NCBI RefSeq assembly: GCF_030144855.1 | Contig: NC_082715.1 | Span: 146,382,001 to 146,446,000, forward strand | From: Hypanus sabinus | Lineage: Eukaryota | Direction: 5' to 3' | Length of the DNA: 64,000 nt | Shown here: positions 22,783-35,872 of the stretch, piece by piece | Layout: the number at the start of each line of letters is the position of its first letter | Position numbering within the stretch: position 1 is the first letter of the stretch | Made by a program: the position numbers and the translations under genes | Notes under the pieces: model-generated | The model's database searches: none | The model's input: only the letters and a program-made list of their open reading frames with translations | What the model was told of the DNA's origin: nothing

Positions 22783-25720
22783 GAATGGGATTAGCAATTA
22801 TAGGTAGGTGAGCCTGACGCTAGATGCAGGCAGGTTATTGCACTGGATTCTAAGGGATTAGGTTTATAGGCATTTGGAGAAAAACAGAGTCTAATAATGA
22901 ATAATCAACATGCAGTGTGCGTGGTGGGTCATGTCGAACCAATTATTTAGAGATTTCCGAGAACGTTATCAAAAGGTTTGATGAAGGAAGGAAAGTGGAT
23001 ATTGCCTACATGGACTATAGCAAGGCCGAAGACATAGGTCCCATATGGGAGGCTGTCATGAAAGTTAGGACACTTGTCAGTCAGTATCAGGTAATAATCT
23101 GGATCAGATATTCGCTTCACTGGAAAAGCCAGAGAGTGGTAGTCGATGTTTGCCTCTCTGAGTGGAGGCCTGTGTCTAGTGGTGTACCTCAGGGATGGGT
23201 GTTATGTTCGTTGTTGTTTGTCATCTGTATCAACGATCCGAATCATAATGCAACCTAGGTCATCAAACTTGTGGATAACAGCAAGATCGGGGAGGTAGTG
23301 AACGGTGAGTAATGTCTTTGAACTTTGCAGTGGGATCTGGAGCAGCTGGGAAAACAGGCTGAAAACGTCAGATGGTTATTAGTCAAGACAAAGTGAGGAC
23401 AAACTAGCTTGGACTTACACGAGGAACTGTAGGGCACTTAGGAGTACGGTAGAACAGAAGGAATGCCGATCCATAATTTCTTCATAGTGGCGTCGTAGGT
23501 AAGTACTCTGTAAAAAGAGCTTTTGGCATATTGGCCTTCGGAGATCAAAGTAAATATTGAGTACAAGAGTTTGGACGAAACCTTGAAGTTGTATAAGATT
23601 TTTGCGAAGCCTTATTTGGAGTATTGTATATAGTCCTATTCACCTGCCCATAGCAAAACTAGAACACTAGAATACTACGGCACAGTACAGGCCCTTCAGC
23701 CATCGATGTTGTGCCGACGCATATATTCCTTTAAAAAAATACAAAACCCACACTACCCCGTAACCCTCTATTTTTTCTTTCATGTATGTGCCTGTTCATG
23801 AGGCTCTGAAATACTCCCAATGTTTTAGCCTCTACCACCATCCCTGACAAGTCATTCCAGGCACGTATAACACTCTGTATAAAAAATTACTCCTGATATC
23901 TCCCTTGAACATTGTACATGTGCCCTCTGGTGTTTGCTATTCGTGCCCTGGGAAACAGCTACTGCCTATCCACACTATCTATGCCTCCCATAACCTTGTA
24001 GACCTCTATCAAGTCCCCATTCAACCTTATACGCTCCAAGGAGAAAAGTCCACGCTCTGCTAACCTTGCCTCATACGACTTGTTTTCCAATCCCCGCAAC
24101 TTCTTGGTGAATCCCCTCTGCATCCTCTCCAAAAATTCCACATTCATCCTATAATGAGGTAACCAGAACTGAACACAATCCTCTAAGTGTGGTCTCACCA
24201 GAGGTTTGTAGAGTTGCTACATGACCTCTCTACTCTTGAATTCAACCCCTCTATTATTGAAGCCTATCATCACATAGGCCTTCTTAACTAGCCTATCAAC
24301 CTGTGCAGTAACCGTGAGCTATGTATGGATTTGTACCCCAAGGTCCCTCTGTTCATCCACACTCTTAAGTAACCGACCATTAACCCTCTACTCATCCTTC
24401 TGGTTTGTCTTTCCAAAATGCAGCACCGCACACTTATCCGGATTGAACACCATCTGCAACTTTTGTGCCGAACTCTGTACCCTGTCTATATCCTCTTGTA
24501 GCCTTCGACAACCTACAGATCCATCCACAACCCCTCCAATCTTCGTGTCATCCGTAAACTCACTCACCCATCCTTCCGCCTCTTCATCCAGGTCATTTAT
24601 AAAAATCACAAGGAGCAGGGGTCCCAGGGGTCCTTGTGGCAGTGCACTAGTCATCGACCTCCAGGCGGAATACGTTCCCTTCACTACTACACTCTGCTTT
24701 CTTCCTGTAAACCCTTTTTTAATCCAAATAGCCAAGGTTCCACTGATCCCATGCCTCATGACTTTCTGGATGAGTCTCTCGTGGGGGACCTTGTCAAACG
24801 CCTTGGTAAAATCCATGCAGACCACATCTACCACCCTACCCTTACCACAAAATGCTGGTGGAACACAGCAGGCCAGGCAACTTCTATAAGGAGATGCACT
24901 GTCGACGTTTCGAGCCGAGATCCTTCGACAGCAGGAAAGGTCTCGGCCCGAAACGTTGACTGCTCGTTTCCACGGGTGCTGCCCGACCTGCTGAGTCCCT
25001 CCAGCTTGTTGTACGCGTTGATTTGACTACAGAATCTGCTGTGTATTTTGTGTTGTCTACATTTATGTTTTGTCCCCTGCCTGTCTATCACCAACTCAGA
25101 ACACATAGCATCACGGCCTTCGGACCTGATCTCTGCACTTACATTCTGATTCCCACCCCACTCCCCAAAGCTTAAACACTTCCCAACAGCTGTAGCAAAC
25201 CTGCCGGGCAGTATATCGGTCGCTTTCCAGTTCAGGCCCGTCCTTTTGTACAGGTCAGACTTTCTCCAGAAGAGATAATATTGAAGGAGTGCAGAGAAAA
25301 TTTACAAAGATATTACTGACACTTAACCTGAATTATAGGGAGAGCTTCAATAGGTTTTGACTCCATTAGCTGCAGCAAAGGAGAATGATTGGTGATTTGA
25401 TGGAGATATACCAAATTATGAGATGTATAGTCAATGTAAATGCAAGCTGGGCTTTTCCACTAAAATGGCGTGAAATTAGAACTGGAGATCATGGATTAAA
25501 GATGAAATGATTAAATGAAGCATGAGGGGAATGTCTTTACTCGGACTGTAGACGCAGTATGGAACGAGATGTAGTTGGAAGGATTGGGTGCGCGTTCTAT
25601 TTCAACTTTCATGAACAATATAGTTAGGCACATGGATGGGAGAGTATGGAGAACAACGCGCTGGTGACTAGTCCGCGTAACCGTTCAGCTAGATGGGCTG
25701 AAAAGTCTGCTTCTGTGCAT
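22783..25720. mobile_element. Mosaic of old CR1 fragments in both orientations with embedded Penelope-like tails
   Basis: ORFs 22917-23258, 23959-24198 and 24388-24834 carry CR1 RT motifs (DFTKAFDKVPH, FTDDTKIGG); paralogous to about 43130-47300. Confidence 0.65.
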
Positions 25721-26688
25721 TAGTGATCTATAAAAGAAACTATACGTTTCGGAATTTTTAATGCAATGGCTGCAATAGTTTCAATTTGGGTTCCGGTGGG
25801 GATGAACAGTTCATGTATTTCACTGAAATTGGAAGCGAAAAACCTGGTAACCAGGGTTATTTTTAAAAATATTAAAATGCCCCTTCGGTTTGAATGATTT
25901 TAAAACAGTGATTTTTAAAATAAAGATCTAATGTAAAATGACTATTCCAGCAAGTTCAAGTTCAAGTTCTGTACATACGAAGGAATAACAATTGGAGCAG
26001 GCTGACCAGATCTCTGGTCTCCGGTTTCTGTCATTTCTCGTCTCCCTTGAATCTCTTAAAGATCTTCCGATCTCAATCTACTTGGGCATCGATAAAATTT
26101 CTAAGGAAACTAAGGATCAAATGTGCATCGAGAGAAGAATGTTATCTTTTTTTTTCAGTCCTCAATACCCAAACCTATTATCCGAACACTACAACTTTCA
26201 GCTCTCCACAGAAAACAAGAGGGACTCGGCTCGGAATTTAACTTGCCTGCTGAAAAAGATTTTTAGATGATTCAATGACATTACCTCCCTTTCATCTAAA
26301 GACCATAGAAAATAGGCCGTTTTATTCGTTCACATAAACTCGCACTTATTCTGGAAGCAAAATCTGCTGCATTTCACGCAATATGAGGATCGTCCCAGAC
26401 CCACCAATTTCGCCAGTTCTATATTTATCAATCGTCCTCGGTTGAATGTGTTCCTTCATGACAGATGACTGTGTGTTTGTGAGCACACGTGTGTGCGCTT
26501 TCATAGCTCTTTCTTTTACGTCAGGGCAATATCATTAAAGAGAGATTTAAAATATATTTCTGCTTCATTCGGAACTCGAAAGAAAAGTCATGAAAAGATG
26601 TTGCATATCAGACTGGATCGTTAATGTTATTGGGTAGCTGTGGTCGAAATTATCATCAATTTGGCAAGAACCAAGAATGCACTCTTCA

Positions 26689-27317
26689 AGTGTGGCCTTT
26701 TACATATTGGTGAAACCCGACGGAGACTGGGAGACCGTTTCGCTGAACACCTACGCTCGGTCCGCCAGAAAAAGCAGGATCTCCCAGTGGCCATACATTT
26801 TATTTCCACGTCCCATTCCCATTCTGATATGTATATCCATGGCCTCCTCTATTGTCAAAATGAATCCAAACTCAGGTTGGAGGAACAACACCTTATATAC
26901 CGGCTGGGTAGCCTCAAACGTGATGGCATGATCATTGACTTCTCTAACTTCCGTTAATGTTCCTCCTCCCCCTCTTACCCTATCACTGACATATTTAGTT
27001 GTTTGCCTGTTCTCCATCTTCCTCTGATGCTCCCCTCTCCTTTCTTTCTCCCGAGGCCTCCCGTCCCATGATCCTTTCGCTTCTCCAGCTCTGTATCACT
27101 TTCGCCAATCACCTTTCCAGCTCTTAGCTTCATCCCACCCGCTCCGGTCTTCTCCTAACATTTCGCATTTCCCCCTCCCCCAACTACTTTGAAATCTCTT
27201 ACTATCTTTCCTTTCGGTTAGTCCTGACGAAGGATCTCGGCACGAAACGTCGACAGCGCTTCTCCCCATAGATGCTGCCTGGCCAGCTGTGTTCCACCAG
27301 CATATTTGTGTGTGTTG
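26689..27317 (+). mobile_element. 5'-truncated Penelope-like element (GIY-YIG fragment plus 3' tail) with 12-bp TSD
   Basis: GLLHIGETRRRLGDRFAEHL...LEEQHLIYRLGSL; flanked by ATGCACTCTTCA (26677-26688) and ATGCAATCTTCA (27318-27329); single copy of the site in U2 and U4. Confidence 0.88.
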
Positions 27318-27541
27318 ATGCAATCTTCAGATTACGGTTACTTGATGAGCATCTGGGAATGCCTTTAACTGAGACTAATTAATATTGAGGTTTGAATTAA
27401 GAATTATACGCATTTAATAGAATGTCAGTTAAAAATGACGAAACTGAAATGACGAATCTGAACGCAGATACTGAACTGCAAAAGAATAATGTTTAAAGCT
27501 ATTTTAATGAAGGAAGAGACGGATAAAATAAGCTTTTCATC

Positions 27542-27547
27542 TTTATT
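27542..27547 (-). terminator. Polyadenylation signal of U3 IgL
   Basis: AATAAA just 3' of the stop at 27565-27567. Confidence 0.75.
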
Positions 27548-27564
27548 AAGTTTGAAATATAGTT

Positions 27565-27887
27565 TTAGATACAGCTGGATCTCTCGATCGTTGCTACAAA
27601 CGGGTTTGCGAGAGCCTCGTGTTTAACCACGCAGGAGTAACGATCGTGTGAGCTCCATTCTGAGGCTGGCAGAGTCAGGTAACTGCTCACACTGAACGTG
27701 TTGTCCGTGTCCTGAAGGACAGGGCTCGTCTCAACGCCATCGCTTTTCGTACGTCTGTCCACGGTCCACTCAATGCCCACAGCTCCCGGATTAAAACGGC
27801 TCACCAAACACACCAGTGTCGCTGTGCCCTTTCCCGTAATTTCTTCGGCTGAAGGCCGGAGGACGGTGACCATGGGGCTCCGGGGAT
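27565..27887 (-). CDS. IGLC: U3 Ig light chain constant exon, intact
   Basis: Acceptor tttaaacag|AT; 323 nt; 7 nt and 4 aa differences from the U1 C exon. Confidence 0.95.
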
Positions 27888-28153
27888 CTGTTTAAAACAA
27901 AGTGACAGTTTAGTATAGGTTGAGTAACTGTTTCTGTTAAAACATCTCCTTTGTTTAAAATGCATTTGGTATTTCATTTATTCCTTCATCTGAATGAACA
28001 AATATTTATTTGCCGTTTTCCCATTTCTATCGCTTAAATTAGACGTGAAAAAATTACCACTAAAATCTCCCGTGATATTTGTTTTTTGTGACGTTGGGGC
28101 ACAATATGAATGGCGTAAAATGAATGATTTCGGCACGGGTTTTAACCAGCATT

Positions 28154-28185
28154 GAATGAATGAATGAATGAATGAATGAATGAAT
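28154..28185. repeat. (GAAT)8 microsatellite
   Basis: Direct reading; shorter in the other units. Confidence 0.95.
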
Positions 28186-30814
28186 GAAATTAATTTATTT
28201 CGGACAGTGCAAGCATAAAAAAAGCATCATTTACAACGATGATTTCATAGGACGAAATGACAACAAAAAACATAGATATTCTTGAAAACAGACCGAAAGG
28301 GTGCAGCTTATTACGCCTACCCCACTTACTTACACAACAACATATTTGGCGTCAATCATCACATCAAAAAAGATCATAATCTTTTTACACAAAATCCAAT
28401 TCCAAATATCAAATGTATTTATACTACTCCCATTCATATAAAATCATGTATTTTATATTTGTTCATTAAATAATTTTTAAATTTTTAAAAAACTTGTTAA
28501 GTGTAGGCATGTTTTGAAATTCATACTACAACTGTTCCATAGAGTCACCCCTCTGACTGAAAGATAATGATATTTTACATCTGTTCTTATCCTTCGATAT
28601 TGAAATGTACATATTCCTCTCAAATCATGTTTACTTACTCTCATTGTAAACAACCTTTGGATACTTTGGATTCCGGTTGAATAAAAATCTGAGGTTATAC
28701 CTGACTGCCAGTTGTGGCTTCCATTGGGACCTAAGCTTCCACCGTTTCTACTTCTACCTTAGACACCTTCACTTTATTCAAATCTTCAGTCATCAAGACA
28801 AGAGGCTGAAGTGTAATACATGTTTTGCTTAAAATCGGGGATTAGTACACGGGGCTCTCAACCTTTTTTATGTTATGGTCCCCTACTATTAGCAGAGGGA
28901 TGTGTAGACCAGAGACTGGGAACCACTTGAATACTGTATTTAATTCAACTTAGCCATCAGAATACAGAATTCGCTTTGCGCAATATAAAATTACAGCCTG
29001 CCTGCACAGTAAATCACTTTTGGACAGTTTAACATATATGTTGAAAGTTACACGATTTTTTTCCAAAATATGATTTTTCCACTTAAAGTAAATCATTCAA
29101 ATCTGGTTTGTGGAGTCTAGCGGATCTTTGTCCTTACTCTCTTCACTGAGGAAACCACTTTCTTACAATGTTCACGACCGAGGTGGTAAAGACAGGGAAT
29201 ACAACTGGGTTCATCTAATATGGTTCAGAACTGCGGCTCAACGTGGTTTACTTTAATATCTTTAAGTAATTTAAAGTAATTTTAAGTAATGTATTTTTAA
29301 GTAATTTAAGTAGTTTTAGTAAATTAAGTAATTTAAGAAAGCTTGCTGTTCTGTGGTTCTATTTTTAGGGTAATGACAACTTTAATGATGGATTAATTCC
29401 ACTGATTTACTTCCCGTTATGCCGCTGTCGTTCATGGCAGTAATAAAGATCCTCAATCTCTGTCTACAGAAGGAGTCGCACACAGGTTTCATTTCTATTT
29501 CCATAACAAACTTTCACCTGCCAGGGTTGTTATCCCTGAGATGAACCCCCGAACGTGGATGGCATAAGGATCACTCTCAGTCGGCCCTCTACCCTTTGAC
29601 CTGTTGGGCATGTTTGACTCTATCAAAAACCAAAGCGCAACGCCATGATACTCGCCAACATAGCTCTCCGGGTCAATCAGCCACGCATGTCTTTAAACCC
29701 TACGATTCGGTGGTCCTCTTGGAAATTGATTTCCACATGGAAATCAATTGCATCACGATTTTAAATTGCCAAGTTTCAGAATCAGAATTGGCAGAAAAGT
29801 CTGTCCGCCACGTTTGCACATATTGACTACAAAAGTAATGGAGAAATAATACGAACAGTTGAAAACATAAAATACTAAAAGGCGTCTGCTAATAACCATA
29901 TAACAATTACAGCACGTAAACAGGCCAAGTCCGTGCCGAATGCTTACTCTCACCTTGTCCCACCTACCTGCACTCAGCCTATAAACGCCCATTCCTTACC
30001 TGTCCATATACCTATCGTTTTTTTTAAATGACAAAATGCAACCTGCGTCCACACAGCTGCCACTCTTGAGGAAAGAAGATCCTCATCGTGTTACCCCTAA
30101 ACTTTTGCCCATTAACTCGCAACTCATGACCTTTTGTTTGCATCTATCCTACTCTCAATGGAAAAAGCCTATCCACGTCAGCTCTATCTGTCCCCCTCAT
30201 AATTTTAAATACCTCTGTCAAGTCCTCGCTCAACCTGCTACGCTCCAAAGAATAAAGACCTTACTTGTTCAACCTTTCTCTGTAACATAGGTACTGAAAT
30301 CAAGGTAACATTCTAGTAAATCTCCTCTGTACTCTCTCTATTTTGTTGACATCTTTCCTATAATTAGGTGAACAGAACTGTACACAATACTCCAAATTTG
30401 GCCTCTCCAATGCCTTGTACAATTTTAACATTACATCCCAACTCCTATACTCAATGCTCTGATTTATAAAGGCCAGCATACCAAAAACAATAAAGATTGA
30501 GAAGTTCCATTCTAATATCTGCGTGCCACTCTTCGAAGCTCGTTCACGTCTTAAATGGTGCAAGTTCGTTTCATATTTCATTCAGATTCAAATTTAGTTC
30601 TATACAGCAAAACACTGAAGGTTGGTTCTAAAATCCCTTGGCGGTTTAATATAAACATTTAACGGCACAAATCTGGCGATAAAAAAAAATAAAATAGGAC
30701 AATGATTAATCTAGCAGTTAGTCTTTTCAGTGATATCTCAATGACTTTCCCTATATGTGATGGACTAATTTTTCCGTTGTTTTTTTTTATTCTGTTTCTC
30801 TGGGCTCCTCAAGA

Positions 30815-30822
30815 ATTTGCAT
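30815..30822. promoter_or_regulatory. Intronic octamer, U3
   Basis: ATTTGCAT at the site equivalent to 4854-4861. Confidence 0.4.
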
Positions 30823-31483
30823 TAACTGCCGTGTTCAACATTATCCATGTCTCTGATGGCAAATACGATACCAGTTTTGTTATTTTTTCGAAAAATGTAA
30901 GGAGACACACGAACAACTTGAGCAAGGGTGCGAATGATTAAAAAAAATCATATTTTCAGTGTGTCGGAGATAACCAGATGCTGCGGGCAATTTCAGAAAG
31001 ATTATAGCTTATTGCATTGGAACCAATCGCCTTCATCATCTATCTTTCTTCGTCTATGCAAGTTTGTGATTTTTAAAGAACCCTTCAGTGACCAGTGATC
31101 AGTAGCTAGCAGATAATTTGGGGTTCTGACGGGCACCAGCCCAAAATGGTGTCATCAGCAAAGTTGCATCAACCAACTAATGCAATCAAAATTCTGGAGA
31201 TCAGGATTATACTTGCATACTAACGATAGAAATAATTCTTTACCTGGTTTGGCAATTAACATTTCGGATTCTACAAAGCCAGCTCAAACTAAAGAAACAA
31301 CAGAGCGGCATTTGGCGGTTCGGCCGCGCGAGTTCAATTAAATTATCAAAGGACCGTTACTCGTGATTGGATATTTGAAAACAGCCACCATTTGTTTCGA
31401 AGCCTCCCTTAGGCGACACAGTTCTAATTATTGTTCACGTAAGTACCAAAAGGATAAGCGCATTGATTTGATATTTTACTTAC

Positions 31484-31831
31484 TGCCAATGGCCAGCCTC
31501 GTTCCTTTGCCGAAGGTGGTAACATAATTTATCCGCACAGCACAGTAATAGTCTGCCGCATCCTCCGACTGGACGCTCGATATTGTCAATGTTGCCGTGT
31601 TGCCGGATACTGAGCCGCCGAAACGGTTCGGGACTCCAGAGCCTCTGTTAATGCTGCTCCCCGATCTATACCAGAACAGATACCGAGGAACTTTTCCGGG
31701 AATCTGCTGGTACCAGGAAACAACGTTACTACCTAAAGAGGTTCCAGACATGGTGCAGGGTATTTGGACGTTCTGCCCCGGAGATGTGGATTTCGAAGGT
31801 GGTTGATTCACTGAGACTTCCGCGTTGATAT
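31484..31831 (-). CDS. IGLV: U3 germline-joined VJ exon, intact
   Basis: 348 nt open frame EVSVNQPPS...YYC-AVRINYVTT-FGKGTRLAIG; canonical acceptor and gtaagt donor; no RSS. Confidence 0.95.
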
Positions 31832-31955
31832 CTGGAAACATTCAGAGGGAAGAAACAATGTACCGAGATTAATATTCTAGTAATACCAGAAGTGCGAGAA
31901 GAATAACATTGAATTGTATTCGAGATTCAATATAATGTCAATAGAAAATACTCAC

Positions 31956-32004
31956 AAATTGCAGTGAATACCAGCGTACTGACCACACGGACCCAGCAAG
32001 ACAT
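31956..32004 (-). CDS. IGLV: U3 leader exon
   Basis: MSCWVRVVSTLVFTAI plus 1 nt, gtgagt donor, 124-nt intron. Confidence 0.92.
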
Positions 32005-32071
32005 TGTAATTAATTGAGTGAAGCTCACACAAGGTGCGGCGGTTAAGTGGCGTCTCAACTTTTCAGCTCGC

Positions 32072-32121
32072 TTATAAATCCTGTGACGAGCTGGCACTGC
32101 GTGTTCTCTATTTATGCAAAT
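32072..32121 (-). promoter_or_regulatory. U3 IgL promoter: TATA (TTTATAA) and octamer
   Basis: TTTATAA 32072-32078 and ATTTGCAT 32114-32121 on the sense strand. Confidence 0.87.
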
Positions 32122-35100
32122 CAGTTCAAACAGAATGGCACATTGACACCAATCACAAGTTGCCAACTTTTCCCTGTGTCAAATTAATTTCAACTTGTTA
32201 GCCAGATTAGCATTTCGTTTCGTGCTGTGTATATCGCCAATATATTTTTAGATAAAGAAATCTCCTCTCGTCCCTTCAGTTGCAGGCGATATTAAAAATA
32301 CGCAAACTCGCTCTATTATTACAGGTGGTGTGTCGGATATTTTTGAAAACAAGAGATGATGAAAAAGGTATTGGCAATTAACTGTCGGATAATTATCTGA
32401 CGGGTTGTCAATGAGGTCCACGCCACTTATCTGTATATTTTTAGAACACTGACTGCCAAACCGATGTAAAGGGTTTGCAATGATTTTGGAAATTTTATTT
32501 TCCAGCTGCTCCCTAATCATTTACTTTACTGAAGATATTCAGAAGGAAAATTGAGAAAGGGATTGAATCGACCAGACTGCTTATTGCGTGTTGTGAATAA
32601 TTAAAAGTGAATCAAATGATACCGCTGGTGTTTCTCTATAAAATTTGCCAACCCTAGGTCAATATGGTGAGCTGTAATTACATGTAACCACAGGTGCCTG
32701 ATACAATGTAATGTACGCAGCGTGTGGCGGGTTGAAGGTACGTCTCTACCAGAGGAAATGTAAGGTGTTCCGTCCCGCCGCTTGCCTGCATGTCACCCTA
32801 AGGTAATGTGTCACAGCTGCTTAGCCCCGCGATCAATGTCACGTGATGCAGACGAGCGGGCAGTGGAAGGTCGTATGAGCAACTGGTGCTTAGCAGAAGG
32901 CCTGGTTATGCGACCGCTGACGACAGGCTGACAATCTCTGAAGAGTATTGACAATGGCTTTGTTCACCCGACTTGTAAAGATACTGCTTAGGAGAAAGCA
33001 ATGGCAACCACTTCTGCAGAAAAATTGCAAAGTATAATCATGAGACGGATAATGCCATGATCGCCCACAACATACAACAGTGCCCATAATGCTGATGATG
33101 TGTTTATATGAAATAATCAGACATTCTGGAAGTGAATATTTTAATTTCATTCGTCTCATAGATCAGGCAGAAAAGGAATAAAATTCTTCGATCTTAATAA
33201 TAGTCAAACCAACGAACGTGGGAAATTACAAAGTACATAAGTTTGTGACATGAAGAGCTATTAGCAGGATAATGCGTTTTAGGTCAAGTATTTAAGTCAT
33301 GAGTGTTGTTATCCCATTTTTAGGGACTTCCCTCATTCCTCAGAGAACAGTAGAATAAACTCTACAGTTTCGTGTCGTTTTTAGGGGAATAAAAAGAGAG
33401 GAATTTTAACAGAATGAAATGGAAATTGACAGTTATAATAGATTATGCCAGGCATTCCGAGTTCCTCCAGCATTTTGAAGGTGGAACGAACCTGGGATAT
33501 GGGGATATCTCTCAATTCCTGTCGGACCACAGAATTAGAATCTGACAATCAACAGCTAACCAAATATCTCAAAGCAAAACAGAATTTAAAGGACGATTTC
33601 CGAACCCCAGAATTTCATGTCCTCTTTGCAACAGATTTTTACATAAGGAAACGAGTCAGTGAACTTATTCTATCAACAGGTAAGTGGCAGAACTCTTTCC
33701 GAACTCTATCGCCATCACGTGTCCGCTGATTTCAAACAGAAAACCAATGAGATTTGTTGCTTGTAGCGTAAATCCATCCAGATGTAAATTAACAAAACAC
33801 CGGATGAGATTAACTTGAAGGCAACGGTTGCATTTAAACCTTGAACACAGAACTCTAATGGAAATAATTACATCGTTGTAAACGAAATGGAGCGAACAAT
33901 TGCAAGTCTTCTATCATGTATTAGCATGATGAACAACAGAAACGACCGTTTCCCCGGAGCTTTGTTGCGCCTCACCATAGATTGCGGTGGTGCAGGTGTC
34001 ATATTCCCTGCGAACAATGGAAAAACATAGAAGGTGTGCGAATTCTATTTGTTGTTACAATAACGTTAATCATAATTGCATTTAATCATTCGGATTAAAC
34101 TAATTTACATTTGCAGCAATCATCCATTTAAATTACTGAATTTGGGCTATTATTTGGAGATATTAACTGCTCCATAGGTTTGCACGGCTGCAACTTCCCT
34201 CCACAACTTTATATAGTCGATATATATCCACAGTAATCGATGCAGCAGGTTTCAGGTTATCTCCCAATAGCTAAACCGCGCTGTTTCTGACCTGGGAGTA
34301 TTTCACAGTATTGTGTGGAGGGTCATATAGTTTGTCTCTGATTCTTGAGTTAATTTTTTTCTGTGAATGTTTCATGGGACATGGCACAAGTTAGTGCACG
34401 AAAAAGGCACAGAGAAAATCTCCTTTCATTTCTGCAATCATTATCCTGCTGGGTCTAGCACAGGAAGACTGCTTATTCGAATAGTTGAAGTGCGTCCAAG
34501 AATTCGGGAGTTGATCGCAATGCAGTTGTAAAGGCGTTTATCGATCCGATACTACATTGGTTGTTTAGAGCAGATGGAGCTCGTTAACCATGCTTGGCAG
34601 CTCATCTCGGAGAAGGAACACTCAGATCTCAAAGCTCCGATGCCTTGCGGCTAAGCCAACACATGGGGAAAGTCTCGGAGTAAACCCCGGTATCCTGGTT
34701 CAATTAGTTAAAACCCATGCAGCAGAGCGACCTCCAGTCTTCTTTTACAGTCAAGGATCTAGATGACGACATCTCTCTGTGAAACTAGTAGTTGATGTGC
34801 AGCTGGTAATCCACATTAAAATAAATATTAAGTCACATTAATAAGTAAAGATATATATATTCGAATTGTAACTGCAACTGCAACTGCACATGCGCAGCGA
34901 ATTCGGGCACCGGAAGGTCTGAGTAATTGCACTGCAGCTAGTTAATAGAGTGAAAAAAAATAAAGTTATAAATATTGTCCAGTGGAATGATCTCCCTCGC
35001 TCCTGCTTCTCTTGAAAATAACGCTCCCAAAGGTCGTGTACTGTCGCCGCAGCTACGTAATGCAGATTGTTTGACACGCATTCGGCACCTTTCTACACTG

Positions 35101-35248
35101 TCAGTCCACGTTTTCTAACCATCTTCAATGTGGGACTTGAACCAACAACTTGCCATTTGCGAGGCTGCAGGTCAATCCACGAAGTAATAAATGACTGACT
35201 GACGATTTGTTATCGTTCTTTAATATGGACATTTCTTTGTCACTCATG

Positions 35249-35562
35249 GTGGAAATTGTCCTGCCCTTCGATTGCTGTTGTTCCACCCGAGATTGAAGGA
35301 CAGATTGTGACTCTGATGTGACTAGTCAACAACTATTCTCTTAGACACGTGGAGGTGTCTGAGAAATGGACCACAATGTCGTGACTGGACAACCCGAGCC
35401 GTTCGAAATACCCACCAGAACTACACCCTCAACTGTTACCTCACGCTGACCGCCTCCCAGTGGAACTCACAAGAAAAGTGCACTTGTGAGGTTCCACGAT
35501 TGATTCCTTTCTATTTGCAAGCGGGTTTCCTACAGTCGTACTTTACATTATGGCGGAATAAA
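35249..35562 (+). pseudogene. Inverted C1-set pseudo-exon, U3 copy
   Basis: Same decayed domain; acceptor AG changed to TG (35247-35248), small internal deletion, AATAAA 35557-35562. Confidence 0.75.
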
Positions 35563-35872
35563 ACATTTTCACTTTGTAAACGTAACGTAGAGACTTTTGC
35601 TACAAAAATTAAAAATATATTCTTCCTAAAACCTGTATATCTTGCTTGTCCGCGGTTGAATTAAACCAGAGTAGAGACAGCTGATGCCGTGCCCTGACTG
35701 TATTAGTTATCAAACATAAAACTGGGAATAGGAACAGGGCATTTTGTTCCCCCTAACGCGTCCAGACATTCATCAAGTACTGGTTGACATTAGATCTCAG
35801 GACCGTGCTCCTGCCCTTTGCCTTAATATTGAGAAATCTGTGATCTTATGGCCGAATTTAATGACGATGCCT

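Noticed and set aside
26640-26957. GIY-YIG ORF as a host nuclease gene
   Set aside because: It is a truncated Penelope-like fragment inside a TSD, and its N-terminus is read from flanking DNA.
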